Shown here piece by piece: positions 1 through 8,388 of a DNA stretch of 53,274 nucleotides (the stretch's first letter is position 1; every line of letters begins with the position of its first letter). The DNA lies in the NCBI GenBank assembly GCA_964463805.1, contig CAYXDS010000001.1, positions 1-53,274 on the forward strand. The letters are read 5' to 3'. Origin of the DNA: an uncultured Elusimicrobia bacterium (GTDB lineage Bacteria > Elusimicrobiota > Elusimicrobia > F11). Position numbers and translations under genes: made by a program. Under the pieces are notes generated by a model. That model saw nothing but the letters and a program-made list of their open reading frames with translations. It was not told where the DNA came from and ran no database searches.

Positions 1-1
1 A

Positions 2-1084
2 CGCCGGTTCTTCGATCAATGGGTGTTCGGCGCCGGTCATCCCGAATTTAAAATCCGCACGTGGTGGGATCCGAAAAAGAAACAGATGAACGTGCGCGTG
101 GTCCAAACGCATGCGCAAGGCGCCGAGACCGGGCTGTTTACCATCGATACAGAATTTCTTTTGCTCACGCCGCGCAGTCACAAACGCGAGAAAGTCCGTA
201 TCGAGAAAAAAGCGCATTTATTCACGTTTAAACTCGATGTCGAACCAAGCCTCGTTCTGTTTGATCCCGATTATTCGATTCTCAAGAAAGTCGATTTCCC
301 GAAAACCGAGAATCAGTTGTTGTTGCAACTGAAGGTGGATCAGTCGCCACTCGGACGCATCGAAGCCGCGCAGGCATTGGCGCGCATCGGCAGCGTCGAC
401 GCGGTGGCCGGTTTACGGTCCGCGTTGGTGTCGGATCCGTTCTGGGGCGTGCAGGCCGAGGTTGCCCGCGCGCTCGGCACGGTTGCGCGCGAAGACGCGG
501 CCATGGTTTTGCTGCACGCGCTCGATGAAGTCGAAAACCCAAAAGTGCGCCGCGTCATTTACGCTTCGCTGAAGTCGTTCAATACGAAAATCATCGCGCT
601 CGAGATCGAGAATCGGTTCCGTTCCGAAAAAAGTTATTTCGCCGAAGCCGAAGCGTTGCGCGCGATCGGCGCGCTGCAGCATCCGAAACATGAAGAGATT
701 TTGGAAGAAGCGTTGAAAAAGGATTCGTGGAACGACGTGATTCGAACGGCCGCGCTCGAAGGTTTGGCGGCCACCAAATCGCGCCGTTGGATTCCGGAGA
801 TGCTCGGCTATACGAAACTCGGCCATAGTCAGAAATTACGCATGGCCGCGATCCGTTGCTTGGCCACGTACGACACCGGCAACACCGCCGTTCAAAACCG
901 ACTATTGGAATTGACCAAAGACAAATTCCTCTTGGTCCAAATCGCCGCCGTACGCGCGCTGCACCAAACCGGTGACGAACGCGCGGTCCCGCAACTGAAG
1001 GAATTGACCGTCGGGGATTTGGACGGCCGCCTCAAACGCCTCGCTGAAGAAGCCGTCGAGAAGATCACAAAAGGCATCGAGTAA
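2..1084 (+). CDS. M1-family aminopeptidase (aminopeptidase N-like), C-terminal part carrying HEAT-like repeats; 5' end lies outside the window
   Basis: The frame is open from the window edge (RRFFDQWVFGAGHPEF...), a pattern I associate with entry into the C-terminal domain of M1 aminopeptidases. The last ~200 aa show repeated helix pairs of the HEAT/PBS-lyase type (VRRVIYASL, IRTAALEGLA, MRMAAIRCLA, VQIAAVRALHQTGDERAVPQL). Confidence 0.55.
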   Translation, partial: RRFFDQWVFGAGHPEFKIRTWWDPKKKQMNVRVVQTHAQGAETGLFTIDTEFLLLTPRSHKREKVRIEKKAHLFTFKLDVEPSLVLFDPDYSILKKVDFPKTENQLLLQLKVDQSPLGRIEAAQALARIGSVDAVAGLRSALVSDPFWGVQAEVARALGTVAREDAAMVLLHALDEVENPKVRRVIYASLKSFNTKIIALEIENRFRSEKSYFAEAEALRAIGALQHPKHEEILEEALKKDSWNDVIRTAALEGLAATKSRRWIPEMLGYTKLGHSQKLRMAAIRCLATYDTGNTAVQNRLLELTKDKFLLVQIAAVRALHQTGDERAVPQLKELTVGDLDGRLKRLAEEAVEKITKGIE

Positions 1085-1213
1085 TTCACTTCTAAAAATC
1101 AACCCGAAAATTCCTCGCCAAATATTAATCCGCTTTTAAGGCTGTTTTAATCGCTCCCTCCCTATGTTGTCCTTAAGATTTTGGAGATTTCCAAAGTCCA
1201 AGGAGAAAATAAA

Positions 1214-1516
1214 ATGAACGTGAAGAAAATACTTCTAATCAGTTTGATGGGTTTGGGATTGGCCATTCAACTTTCTGCTGCGGAACAGGCGAAGAGTTCC
1301 GGAGATTTTCCCCTCATCATTGAAGGTCGGTGTTCCAATCTGTGCGACAGTATAGGGCTTACTAACTTAGATACTCGCTGTTCCGTTACCAGAGACGCGG
1401 GTGCCGGCTTGACCTATGAAACCACCATTACCTGTGGCGATTATCTTCAACCCAGTTCGGATGATCTTCTCGACGCCATGCATGAGAATCATTTGCTGGG
1501 CATTGAAATGAAATAA
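1214..1516 (+). CDS. small secreted Cys-containing hypothetical protein
   Basis: ATG at 1214 is preceded by AAGGAG. The N-terminus MNVKKILLISLMGLGLAIQLSAAEQ is a signal peptide, and the ~75-aa mature part has 4 Cys. It lies in a visibly AT-rich stretch. Confidence 0.5.
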   Translation: MNVKKILLISLMGLGLAIQLSAAEQAKSSGDFPLIIEGRCSNLCDSIGLTNLDTRCSVTRDAGAGLTYETTITCGDYLQPSSDDLLDAMHENHLLGIEMK

Positions 1517-1569
1517 GACCATCTTAATCCCCTTAGGGGGAGCTAGCGGCTCAGACCAAGCTGCTCATA

Positions 1570-1770
1570 TTGCTTAACAAGTTTCAGGATGGTTCTAGTG
1601 GAAAGACAAAACCACCCGTAATTACTGAAGATGATGTTGAGACCGTCTATACCGACTGTGTAGATGACGATGGGTTTACCGTTCCCGACGGAAGCGCTTG
1701 CATAGCTGCCGGTGCAGAAATTAAAAATGAATCTATCGGTGTTTGCGTGAAGGAGCAGTGTTTATATTAA
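1570..1770 (+). CDS. possible small acidic Cys-containing protein (weak call)
   Basis: 66-codon ORF with only a TTG start and no visible SD. The composition looks protein-like (D/E-rich, 4 Cys). Its stop overlaps the stop of the convergent gene (TTAA). Confidence 0.25.
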   Translation: MLNKFQDGSSGKTKPPVITEDDVETVYTDCVDDDGFTVPDGSACIAAGAEIKNESIGVCVKEQCLY

Positions 1771-3071
1771 GGGATTTGTGAATTCTTACGGAATTGGTCG
1801 TATTCCGTGGCGGGCAGTTGGATCAGTAGTGGATTTGCGTCGGGTTTTAGCCACCGCATCAATTCCACTATCTTCTGTTCGTCCATAGCTGTGCAGCCTT
1901 CTGTTCCTGATCCGGGTTTTCTCCAGACATGGAGGAAAATGCAGCTTCCGCAGCCGCGTTTGGCGGGCGTGTTTTGCTCGACATTGATGAACCATTTGTA
2001 CAGGTGATCGGCACGCCGCAATTGTTCGGCGGACGACCAGTCTTTTTTCGTCGATGGTGTCATCGGGAAAATCTCGTTATAGCGTGATGACGATGGATCG
2101 TCCACGCAACGCCAGTTTTCGATCACTTGCTGATACGGCCATGCACTTCCGTCGGGAGCGTGGTTCGCATAGCCGTAGGCTTTTCCGATTTTAAAGATTC
2201 CAGCCGGCGCCGCGTTGTCGCCTTCTTTTTTAACGGGACCCGCGCCGCCCATCGCTTTCTCGCCGCGTCCCCATGCCATGCCTTTCAGGCCCAGACTGAC
2301 CGGCCACTCCTGTCCAATTTCAATCCATTCGGAACCGCGTCGTTCGTACCGTTGAAGCGTTGCCGTCGTCGCGTTCCAATCTTTTGAAACGACGATGACC
2401 AACTGCGTTGTGGTCGTCGGGATTGAAATCGGCTCCGCCGCTTTATCTTGATATAAACTTGCCGAACCGAGCGGCTCATCACGCAGCGCGTAGGAACTCC
2501 ACTCGGGCGCGTCGAAATGCCACCATTCGGACGGCAACGGTAAAAAGCCCTCGGCTTTCATCGCGTTTTCTAGAAGCGTTCTGTTCTTCCGTGCGTTGGC
2601 CGGCAAATCCATATAATCGCGGTGCGCTTTTTCGGTGAACTCGTCGAATTCGGTCGGCATTTGCAGCTCGTTTCCTTTGGCGTCGACAAGCGTGAGATCG
2701 ACGGAAGCGCCGCGGTTGTGGCGCGAACCTAGTTTTGGGTCGGCCACGTAATTTGGGTCTGGAACGACTTCCCAGAGCTTCCATTGCACGGATACGGGGC
2801 GATAGCAATCCCATATCTTGAGCCCAAGGCCTTGTTTTTCAAGCGTCTTTTGGACCCGTGCCAGCCGTTGGGCGGCCGGTTCGCACAGCAGGCATTCGTC
2901 GGCGACCGGGTAGAGTTTTTTCTTTGTGAAATTGTTGGTGGTGGCGTAGCGCATTTCGACGATAATGCCGGGGGCCAGTTTCTTAACGTCGATCAAGGCT
3001 GGATCCGCCTTGGCGAACAGCGATGTGGTTGTAGCAAGTGCGAGAACTCCTGAAATGAGAATCGACTTCAC
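1767..3071 (-). CDS. secreted fusion protein: VanX/DdpX-type D-Ala-D-Ala dipeptidase (M15D) N-terminal domain plus L,D-transpeptidase-like (YkuD-type) C-terminal domain
   Basis: GTG start and signal peptide MKSILISGVLALATTTSLFA. The N-terminal half has SRHNRGASVDLTL and EWWHFD, resembling the VanX/DdpX zinc-ligand motifs. The C-terminal half has IFLHVWRKPGSGTEGCTAM, a His...Gly-Cys pattern of L,D-transpeptidase-fold proteins. Confidence 0.7.
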   Translation of the reverse strand: MKSILISGVLALATTTSLFAKADPALIDVKKLAPGIIVEMRYATTNNFTKKKLYPVADECLLCEPAAQRLARVQKTLEKQGLGLKIWDCYRPVSVQWKLWEVVPDPNYVADPKLGSRHNRGASVDLTLVDAKGNELQMPTEFDEFTEKAHRDYMDLPANARKNRTLLENAMKAEGFLPLPSEWWHFDAPEWSSYALRDEPLGSASLYQDKAAEPISIPTTTTQLVIVVSKDWNATTATLQRYERRGSEWIEIGQEWPVSLGLKGMAWGRGEKAMGGAGPVKKEGDNAAPAGIFKIGKAYGYANHAPDGSAWPYQQVIENWRCVDDPSSSRYNEIFPMTPSTKKDWSSAEQLRRADHLYKWFINVEQNTPAKRGCGSCIFLHVWRKPGSGTEGCTAMDEQKIVELMRWLKPDANPLLIQLPATEYDQFRKNSQIP

Positions 3072-3094
3072 TCCAGGATTATATCAGCAGTTTG

Positions 3095-3289
3095 TTACTG
3101 GATCGAGAATTGAACGATCGGCGTGGCTGGACCGTAAGGCGACTTGATTCCGTTGTCGTCTTTCAGTAACTCTCTGAGAACGTAAACGCTGCGCTTCAAT
3201 TGACGCATGCGCGCATGCGACGTTTTCAGTTTGCCGATCATCGATTCAAGAAGATCCAATTTCGCTCTGAAGTTCTGTAGGGAATCCAT
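3095..3289 (-). CDS. small (64 aa) helical hypothetical protein immediately upstream of the VanX/LDT gene
   Basis: ATG is preceded by GGAGGA at a 7-nt spacing. The N-terminal half has a heptad-like pattern (LDLLESMIGKLKTSHARMRQLKRSVYVLRELL). It ends 23 nt before the next gene on the same strand. Confidence 0.45.
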   Translation of the reverse strand: MDSLQNFRAKLDLLESMIGKLKTSHARMRQLKRSVYVLRELLKDDNGIKSPYGPATPIVQFSIQ

Positions 3290-3409
3290 GTTAGGTTCCT
3301 CCTTTTGATTTAATCTGGCATGGGATCCGTTAAGGTCGCCTTAAGCAGGGGTTAAAAAACGACGAAGAATCATTACATCGAAAAATCAGCTCGTTTTGAG
3401 CAGGTTTTA

Positions 3410-5038
3410 TTGGGGGTCGTTTGGGCCGGTGTTTTTGCGTTTATTTACCGGTCCCTACGATTGCCTCTTTTCGACCAGGACTTGTGGTGGCATCTCGCGT
3501 GCGGACGCGAAATGGTCGAACGGCATATTTTTCTGCGCAGCGAGACTTTTTCCCATACGATGAACGGCGCGCGTTGGATCAACTTCGAATGGTTGAGTCA
3601 AATCCTGCTTTATCTCGTCGTAAAAATGGGCGGATTAAAAACCGTGCTTTATGGAAAGGTCGTCCTCAGCCTTGGCGTGATGGCGCTGTTGGTCGTGCTG
3701 CTGCGTCGGACAGGCGCCCGCGGAATCGCGCTTCCCTTACTAACCACGCTCGGTTTTCTGATTCTACGGCCGCGTCTTTATGAACGCGTCGAATTGGCCA
3801 CGTTGATTTTCATGCCGTTGCTTGTGCTCCTGTTGCGCACCGCCGATAAAAAAACACCGTGGATCTTGGGTGGTCTTATGGCGCTGTGGTGCAACCTGCA
3901 CGGCGGTTTCATTTATGGAATTGGCACGGTCGTTTTGATGAACATCGGCGCGCGTTGGGCCGGCGAAGACAGAGACCGGATTCGCGCGCTCGATAAATCG
4001 GTCGTTTTTATGGCGATCGCCTCGCTGCTGAATCCGTTCGGCTTCGGTATCATCACTGTTTTTATCGAACACTTGATGCAATTGTTTCATGCGCCGATCG
4101 TCATCGAAGAGTGGTTGCCGCCGTCGGTGTCGGAGATTCCATTTTTTTGGGCGGTTTTCGTTCTCGTGGGTTTCACCGCCGCGACCGGTTCGGTCGGGTC
4201 CATCCGGCGCGCGCGCGCGTGGATTCCCGTCGTTGTCGTTTTTGCGCTGTGGGGCGCGCGTTCGACCCGCAACGCCGCTTATTTCGGTTTTTTCGCGTTG
4301 CCGTTTCTCGTTGAGTTTATAAAGGAACGAACGGTTCTTTATGCATGGGTCGTTCAACCAACGGTGCGCGTCGCCGCTTTCCTCATCGCGTTCGCCGGCC
4401 TCGCGTTCGCTGCGCCGCAATTGTTGAAACCGCCTCGATCCTCGTTGTTTGTGGAAAACCGTTTTCCGATCGGCGCGTGCCGATTTCTCGACGATCATAA
4501 TATTCAGGGCACGTTGTATAACTCCTACCAGTACGGCGGTTACATCGAGTGGGCGTCCCGAACGCCGCGTGCGGTTTTTATGGACGGCCGGTATTTGTTT
4601 CATCCGTTGTTGATCGATCACGCACGCCTCGACGCGATGCTGTATGCCGACCCTGCTTCTACTGAGTGGGACGCGTTTTTGAACCGCTTCGGCGTCGATT
4701 GTGCGGTCGTCGATCCGACCATGGCGTTGTTTCCCTCGCGCGGACGCGCTCCTTTTTCGTTTGCTTGGGCCAATCTCGTTTTCCCGCGAGAAAAATGGGC
4801 GCTCATCTATTGGGACGATGCCGCGTTCGTTTTCGTCAAGCGCGCCTCGCGGTTCGACGCGCTCATTCCGGCGTTCGAATACAAATCTCTTTGGCCTTAC
4901 AACCTCGATCAGATGCGCGCGATGCTCGGGGCGAAGCTCATTGTGCGGGAACAAGTTGAAACCGAGCTGGAACGCCATCGTCGCGACGTGCCGTTCAGCG
5001 TCACGCGTTTGGAGATTGAAAAATGTTTGCCGAAATAA
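3410..5038 (+). CDS. large polytopic membrane protein, possibly a GT-C-fold (polyprenol-phosphate-dependent) glycosyltransferase
   Basis: 542 aa with more than 10 hydrophobic segments. An acidic FDQD motif follows the first TM segment, and there is a large soluble C-terminal domain. TTG start. No specific family recognised. Confidence 0.4.
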   Translation: MGVVWAGVFAFIYRSLRLPLFDQDLWWHLACGREMVERHIFLRSETFSHTMNGARWINFEWLSQILLYLVVKMGGLKTVLYGKVVLSLGVMALLVVLLRRTGARGIALPLLTTLGFLILRPRLYERVELATLIFMPLLVLLLRTADKKTPWILGGLMALWCNLHGGFIYGIGTVVLMNIGARWAGEDRDRIRALDKSVVFMAIASLLNPFGFGIITVFIEHLMQLFHAPIVIEEWLPPSVSEIPFFWAVFVLVGFTAATGSVGSIRRARAWIPVVVVFALWGARSTRNAAYFGFFALPFLVEFIKERTVLYAWVVQPTVRVAAFLIAFAGLAFAAPQLLKPPRSSLFVENRFPIGACRFLDDHNIQGTLYNSYQYGGYIEWASRTPRAVFMDGRYLFHPLLIDHARLDAMLYADPASTEWDAFLNRFGVDCAVVDPTMALFPSRGRAPFSFAWANLVFPREKWALIYWDDAAFVFVKRASRFDALIPAFEYKSLWPYNLDQMRAMLGAKLIVREQVETELERHRRDVPFSVTRLEIEKCLPK

Positions 5039-5616
5039 AACGGAAGCTTTTCCACTTGCTTGGCATGATTTACATCGTCGCACTCATTTATATGCCTCGG
5101 CCACTTTATTTGGGCGTATTGGCCGCGGCGGTGGCGCTCGCGTTTTTGTTTGAGATGTGTCGCTTAAAAAATGCCCGATTCAAACAGTGGTTTTTAAATC
5201 TGTTTGGGGGCTTGCTGCGCGAAGAGGAGCATACGCGATTTTCCGGGTTCTTTTGGATGTTGAGCGGCGTCGCCGTCACCGTGCTGCTGTTAAAACCGGT
5301 GCCACTCGCGACGACCGCTGTGCTTTATCTGCTGTTGGGCGACGGCGTGGCGAGCTTGGTCGGCATGCGGTTCGGCGGTCCGCGTTGGCCGGGATCGAAG
5401 AAAACGCTCAGCGGCAGTTTCGCGTGCTTCATCGTTTGCTTGTTTGTCGGCCTCGTGTTTTTGCGGCCCATCTATGCTTGGCATGGTGTTCTGATTGGCG
5501 CGGTGGTTGCCACGTTGGTGGAACGCGGTTTCATTAAGATCGACGATAATTTTATGATTCCGGTGGCCGCGGCCGTCACGTTCTTGGTTAGTTACGGACT
5601 TCAGCCGATTCGCTAG
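5023..5616 (+). CDS. CTP-dependent polyprenol (dolichol/phytol) kinase-like membrane protein, cytidylyltransferase superfamily
   Basis: KRKLFHLLG... and LLGDGVASLVGMRFGGPRWPGSKKTLSGSFACF resemble phytol/dolichol kinase and CdsA-superfamily motifs. It overlaps the upstream gene by 16 nt. Confidence 0.55.
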   Translation: MFAEIKRKLFHLLGMIYIVALIYMPRPLYLGVLAAAVALAFLFEMCRLKNARFKQWFLNLFGGLLREEEHTRFSGFFWMLSGVAVTVLLLKPVPLATTAVLYLLLGDGVASLVGMRFGGPRWPGSKKTLSGSFACFIVCLFVGLVFLRPIYAWHGVLIGAVVATLVERGFIKIDDNFMIPVAAAVTFLVSYGLQPIR

Positions 5617-5628
5617 AATAAATTCATT

Positions 5629-6603
5629 ATGAGAATGCGCAAACTCGGAAAAACCAATTGGACCGTTTCGGAAATCGGTTACGGCGGCTGGGGCATCGGC
5701 GCTAAATGGTGGGGTCCCACCAGTGATGACGAATCGTTGCTTTCCCTCAAAGCTGCCTGGGACGCCGGCGTTAATTTCTTCGATACGGCCTATGTCTACG
5801 GCGACGGCCACAGTGAAAAGATCATGGCCAAAGCGTTGGCCGGCAAACCGGCGCTAATCGCCACGAAAGTGCCGCCGAAGAACGATCAATGGCCCGCCGA
5901 TCCGAAGACACCTGCGAAACAATCGTTCCCCAAAGATTGGATCATCTCTTGTACCGAGCGCAGCTTGAAAAACCTGAAACGCGACGCGATCGATTTAACG
6001 CAATTGCACGTTTGGTCCGACGCGTGGCTCGATGACGATGATTGGAAGGAAGCGGTCGCCGCATTGAAATCCGCGGGAAAGATCCGCGCGTTCGGTGTGT
6101 CGATCAACGATCACGATCCCGATTCGGCGTTGAAGCTCGTGGCCTCCGGGCTCATCGACACCGTGCAGGTCATCTTTAATATTTTCGATCAATCGCCGAC
6201 GAAGAAGTTGTTTCCATTATGCGTGAAACACAACGTGGGCGTGATCGTGCGCGTCCCGTTCGACGAGGGGAGTCTCACCGGCACGCTTACGAAAAATACG
6301 AAGTTCGAGAAAGGTGATTTCCGCGGATCCTATTTTCGCGACGATCGTCTGGGTCAAACCGTGGATCGCGTCGAAAAATTGAAAGTCTTCCTTGATGAAC
6401 ACACGACCACGTTGCCCGAGCTCGCATTGAAATTCATTTTGGGCCACCATGCGGTCTCAACGGTCATTCCGGGCATGCGCCGCACCCAGAACGTGGCCAT
6501 GAACACGGCTGTCAGTGAGGGCATGTCTTTGCCTGAGAAAACATTACAACAGTTGAAAAAACACGCCTGGTCTCGTAACTTCTATGGCATGTGGGATGAA
6601 TGA
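5629..6603 (+). CDS. aldo/keto reductase
   Basis: Typical AKR pattern: GYGGWGIG, FFDTAYVYGDGHSE, AFGVSIND, VIPGMRR. Confidence 0.8.
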   Translation: MRMRKLGKTNWTVSEIGYGGWGIGAKWWGPTSDDESLLSLKAAWDAGVNFFDTAYVYGDGHSEKIMAKALAGKPALIATKVPPKNDQWPADPKTPAKQSFPKDWIISCTERSLKNLKRDAIDLTQLHVWSDAWLDDDDWKEAVAALKSAGKIRAFGVSINDHDPDSALKLVASGLIDTVQVIFNIFDQSPTKKLFPLCVKHNVGVIVRVPFDEGSLTGTLTKNTKFEKGDFRGSYFRDDRLGQTVDRVEKLKVFLDEHTTTLPELALKFILGHHAVSTVIPGMRRTQNVAMNTAVSEGMSLPEKTLQQLKKHAWSRNFYGMWDE

Positions 6604-6615
6604 GCCGACGCAATC

Positions 6616-7209
6616 ATGTGGAATTCCGAAATAAAGCAAAAGAATAAATCCGACGTGGCCTCTTTTTTTCAAAGCCGCGGTTTTCTCATCGGCATCGGGG
6701 TGACCAGCATCGTCGCGTCGTTGTTCGTGCTCGGTTTGTGCGCGTATGAGGCGTTTTTTAACGGCGAGCGCGTGAAGATGATCGAACTCCCCGGTTTTCA
6801 TGAATTGAAACTTGAATCGGCCGGCCTGTACGCGGGCGTTTATCAGCATCGCGGCACGGGGCGGATGCCCGTCAAGCAACTCACGCAAATGGACGTACGC
6901 GTGATGTCCAAAGACGATTATGAAGACGTGCCGGTGGCCATGAACACAGCCGGTCAAACATTCGACCAGTTCGGCATGCGTGGGCTGCCGCTGTTTAATT
7001 TCGCAGTGCGCAATCCGGGTACCTACACGTTAAGCGGCGTCTATGCGAACGGTGTGACCGGCCCTGCGGTGCGCATCCTTTTGGTTTCACAATCGGCCGG
7101 CAATATTAAACAAACGTTGTTTGTGGGCGTCGCGTTTTTCATCTTTTTCCTCGCGCTGGGCATTGTCGTGCTCGTAAAATTAGACAGGTTCCTGCCGAAG
7201 AAAAAGTAA
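6616..7209 (+). CDS. hypothetical membrane protein (N- and C-terminal TM segments)
   Basis: 197-aa ORF with hydrophobic segments at both ends and a beta-rich middle. No family recognised. Confidence 0.45.
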   Translation: MWNSEIKQKNKSDVASFFQSRGFLIGIGVTSIVASLFVLGLCAYEAFFNGERVKMIELPGFHELKLESAGLYAGVYQHRGTGRMPVKQLTQMDVRVMSKDDYEDVPVAMNTAGQTFDQFGMRGLPLFNFAVRNPGTYTLSGVYANGVTGPAVRILLVSQSAGNIKQTLFVGVAFFIFFLALGIVVLVKLDRFLPKKK

Positions 7210-7260
7210 CCACTCGCTTTTTTTATGCTACGCTAGACAAAATTTCGTCCTACCTACTTC

Positions 7261-8388
7261 ATGCAAAACCGATCCTGGCAAAATAAACAACAGAACCGTG
7301 GCACGTCGTTTCAGCACGGTCGTCCGAACCGCGGACCATCACAGGGCGGTCAGTCGAATGGGGGCCAATCCAATCAAGGCCAACCGCGTCGTGACCATCC
7401 GAATCGTGGGCAGCAGAACCGCGGCTATGGACGTCCCAACAACCACCACAACCATCATGGCGGCGGTCAACGTCATTTCGACCGTCCGCGCTTCCAGCGT
7501 CCACCCCAGCGTGAAGTGGAGTCTCCCGCCGAAGTTCAATTTTTCTCCGGTATTTCGATCGATCCGGCGCCGCGCATTCAATTGGCCAAGGCGCTTGCCG
7601 AGCCAACCATTCGCGCCATGGATTTGTTGTGCCCGATCGGCAAAGGGCAGCGCGGACTTATCGTCTCCCCGCCGAAGTCCGGTAAAACCACGTTTTTGAA
7701 GCATATCTGCCAGGCCTTAACCGCTGCCGAGCCCGAAATGAAGGTTTATTGCTTGTTGATTGACGAGCGTCCCGAAGAAGTCACCGATTTCCGCCGCAGC
7801 GTCTCGGCCGAAGTGCGTTGGTCGACCTCAGATCAACCGTATGAGAACCACATTCGCGTTGCAAAAGAATTAATGAAGCAAGCAGTCGAAGAAGCAGCGT
7901 CCGGCAAACATGTAATGATTTTGATCGACTCTTTGACACGGCTTGCCCGCGTTCACAACAATGCCGTTCGCGGCCATGGTCGCACGCTCTCGGGAGGCGT
8001 TGACGCTCAAGGGCTTCTAATCCCACGAAAGATTTTCGGTACCGCGCGCAATATTGAGAATGGCGGTTCGCTTGGTATCTTGGCGACAATCCTTGTTCAA
8101 ACCGGCAGCCGCATGGACGATGTGATCTTCCAGGAATTTAAAGGCACCGGCAATATGGAGTTGGTGTTGTCGCGTGAAGTTTCCGATCGTCGCATTTTCC
8201 CCGCTTTGAACATCCGCGAGTCCGGCACGCGTAAAGAAGAAAAGCTTTTTACGCCGGAAGAGTTGAAGGCAAGTCGTACGTTACGTCAGGCGTTGGCCGG
8301 CATGAGTGAAGTTGAAGCCGCGCAAGCGTTGACCGAATTGCTGCGCAAATATCCCACCAACCAAGCCATCGTCGGTTCGTTGCAGTAA
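7261..8388 (+). CDS. rho: transcription termination factor Rho, atypical: ATPase domain preceded by a low-complexity N/Q/G/R/H-rich region instead of the canonical N-terminal domain
   Basis: Residues ~95-375 are colinear with the Rho C-terminal domain: PIGKGQRGLIVSPPKSGKT, LLIDERPEEV, MILIDSLTRLAR, GRTLSGGVD, FKGTGNMELVLSREVSDRRIFPAL. Residues 1-88 are low complexity. Confidence 0.85.
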   Translation: MQNRSWQNKQQNRGTSFQHGRPNRGPSQGGQSNGGQSNQGQPRRDHPNRGQQNRGYGRPNNHHNHHGGGQRHFDRPRFQRPPQREVESPAEVQFFSGISIDPAPRIQLAKALAEPTIRAMDLLCPIGKGQRGLIVSPPKSGKTTFLKHICQALTAAEPEMKVYCLLIDERPEEVTDFRRSVSAEVRWSTSDQPYENHIRVAKELMKQAVEEAASGKHVMILIDSLTRLARVHNNAVRGHGRTLSGGVDAQGLLIPRKIFGTARNIENGGSLGILATILVQTGSRMDDVIFQEFKGTGNMELVLSREVSDRRIFPALNIRESGTRKEEKLFTPEELKASRTLRQALAGMSEVEAAQALTELLRKYPTNQAIVGSLQ

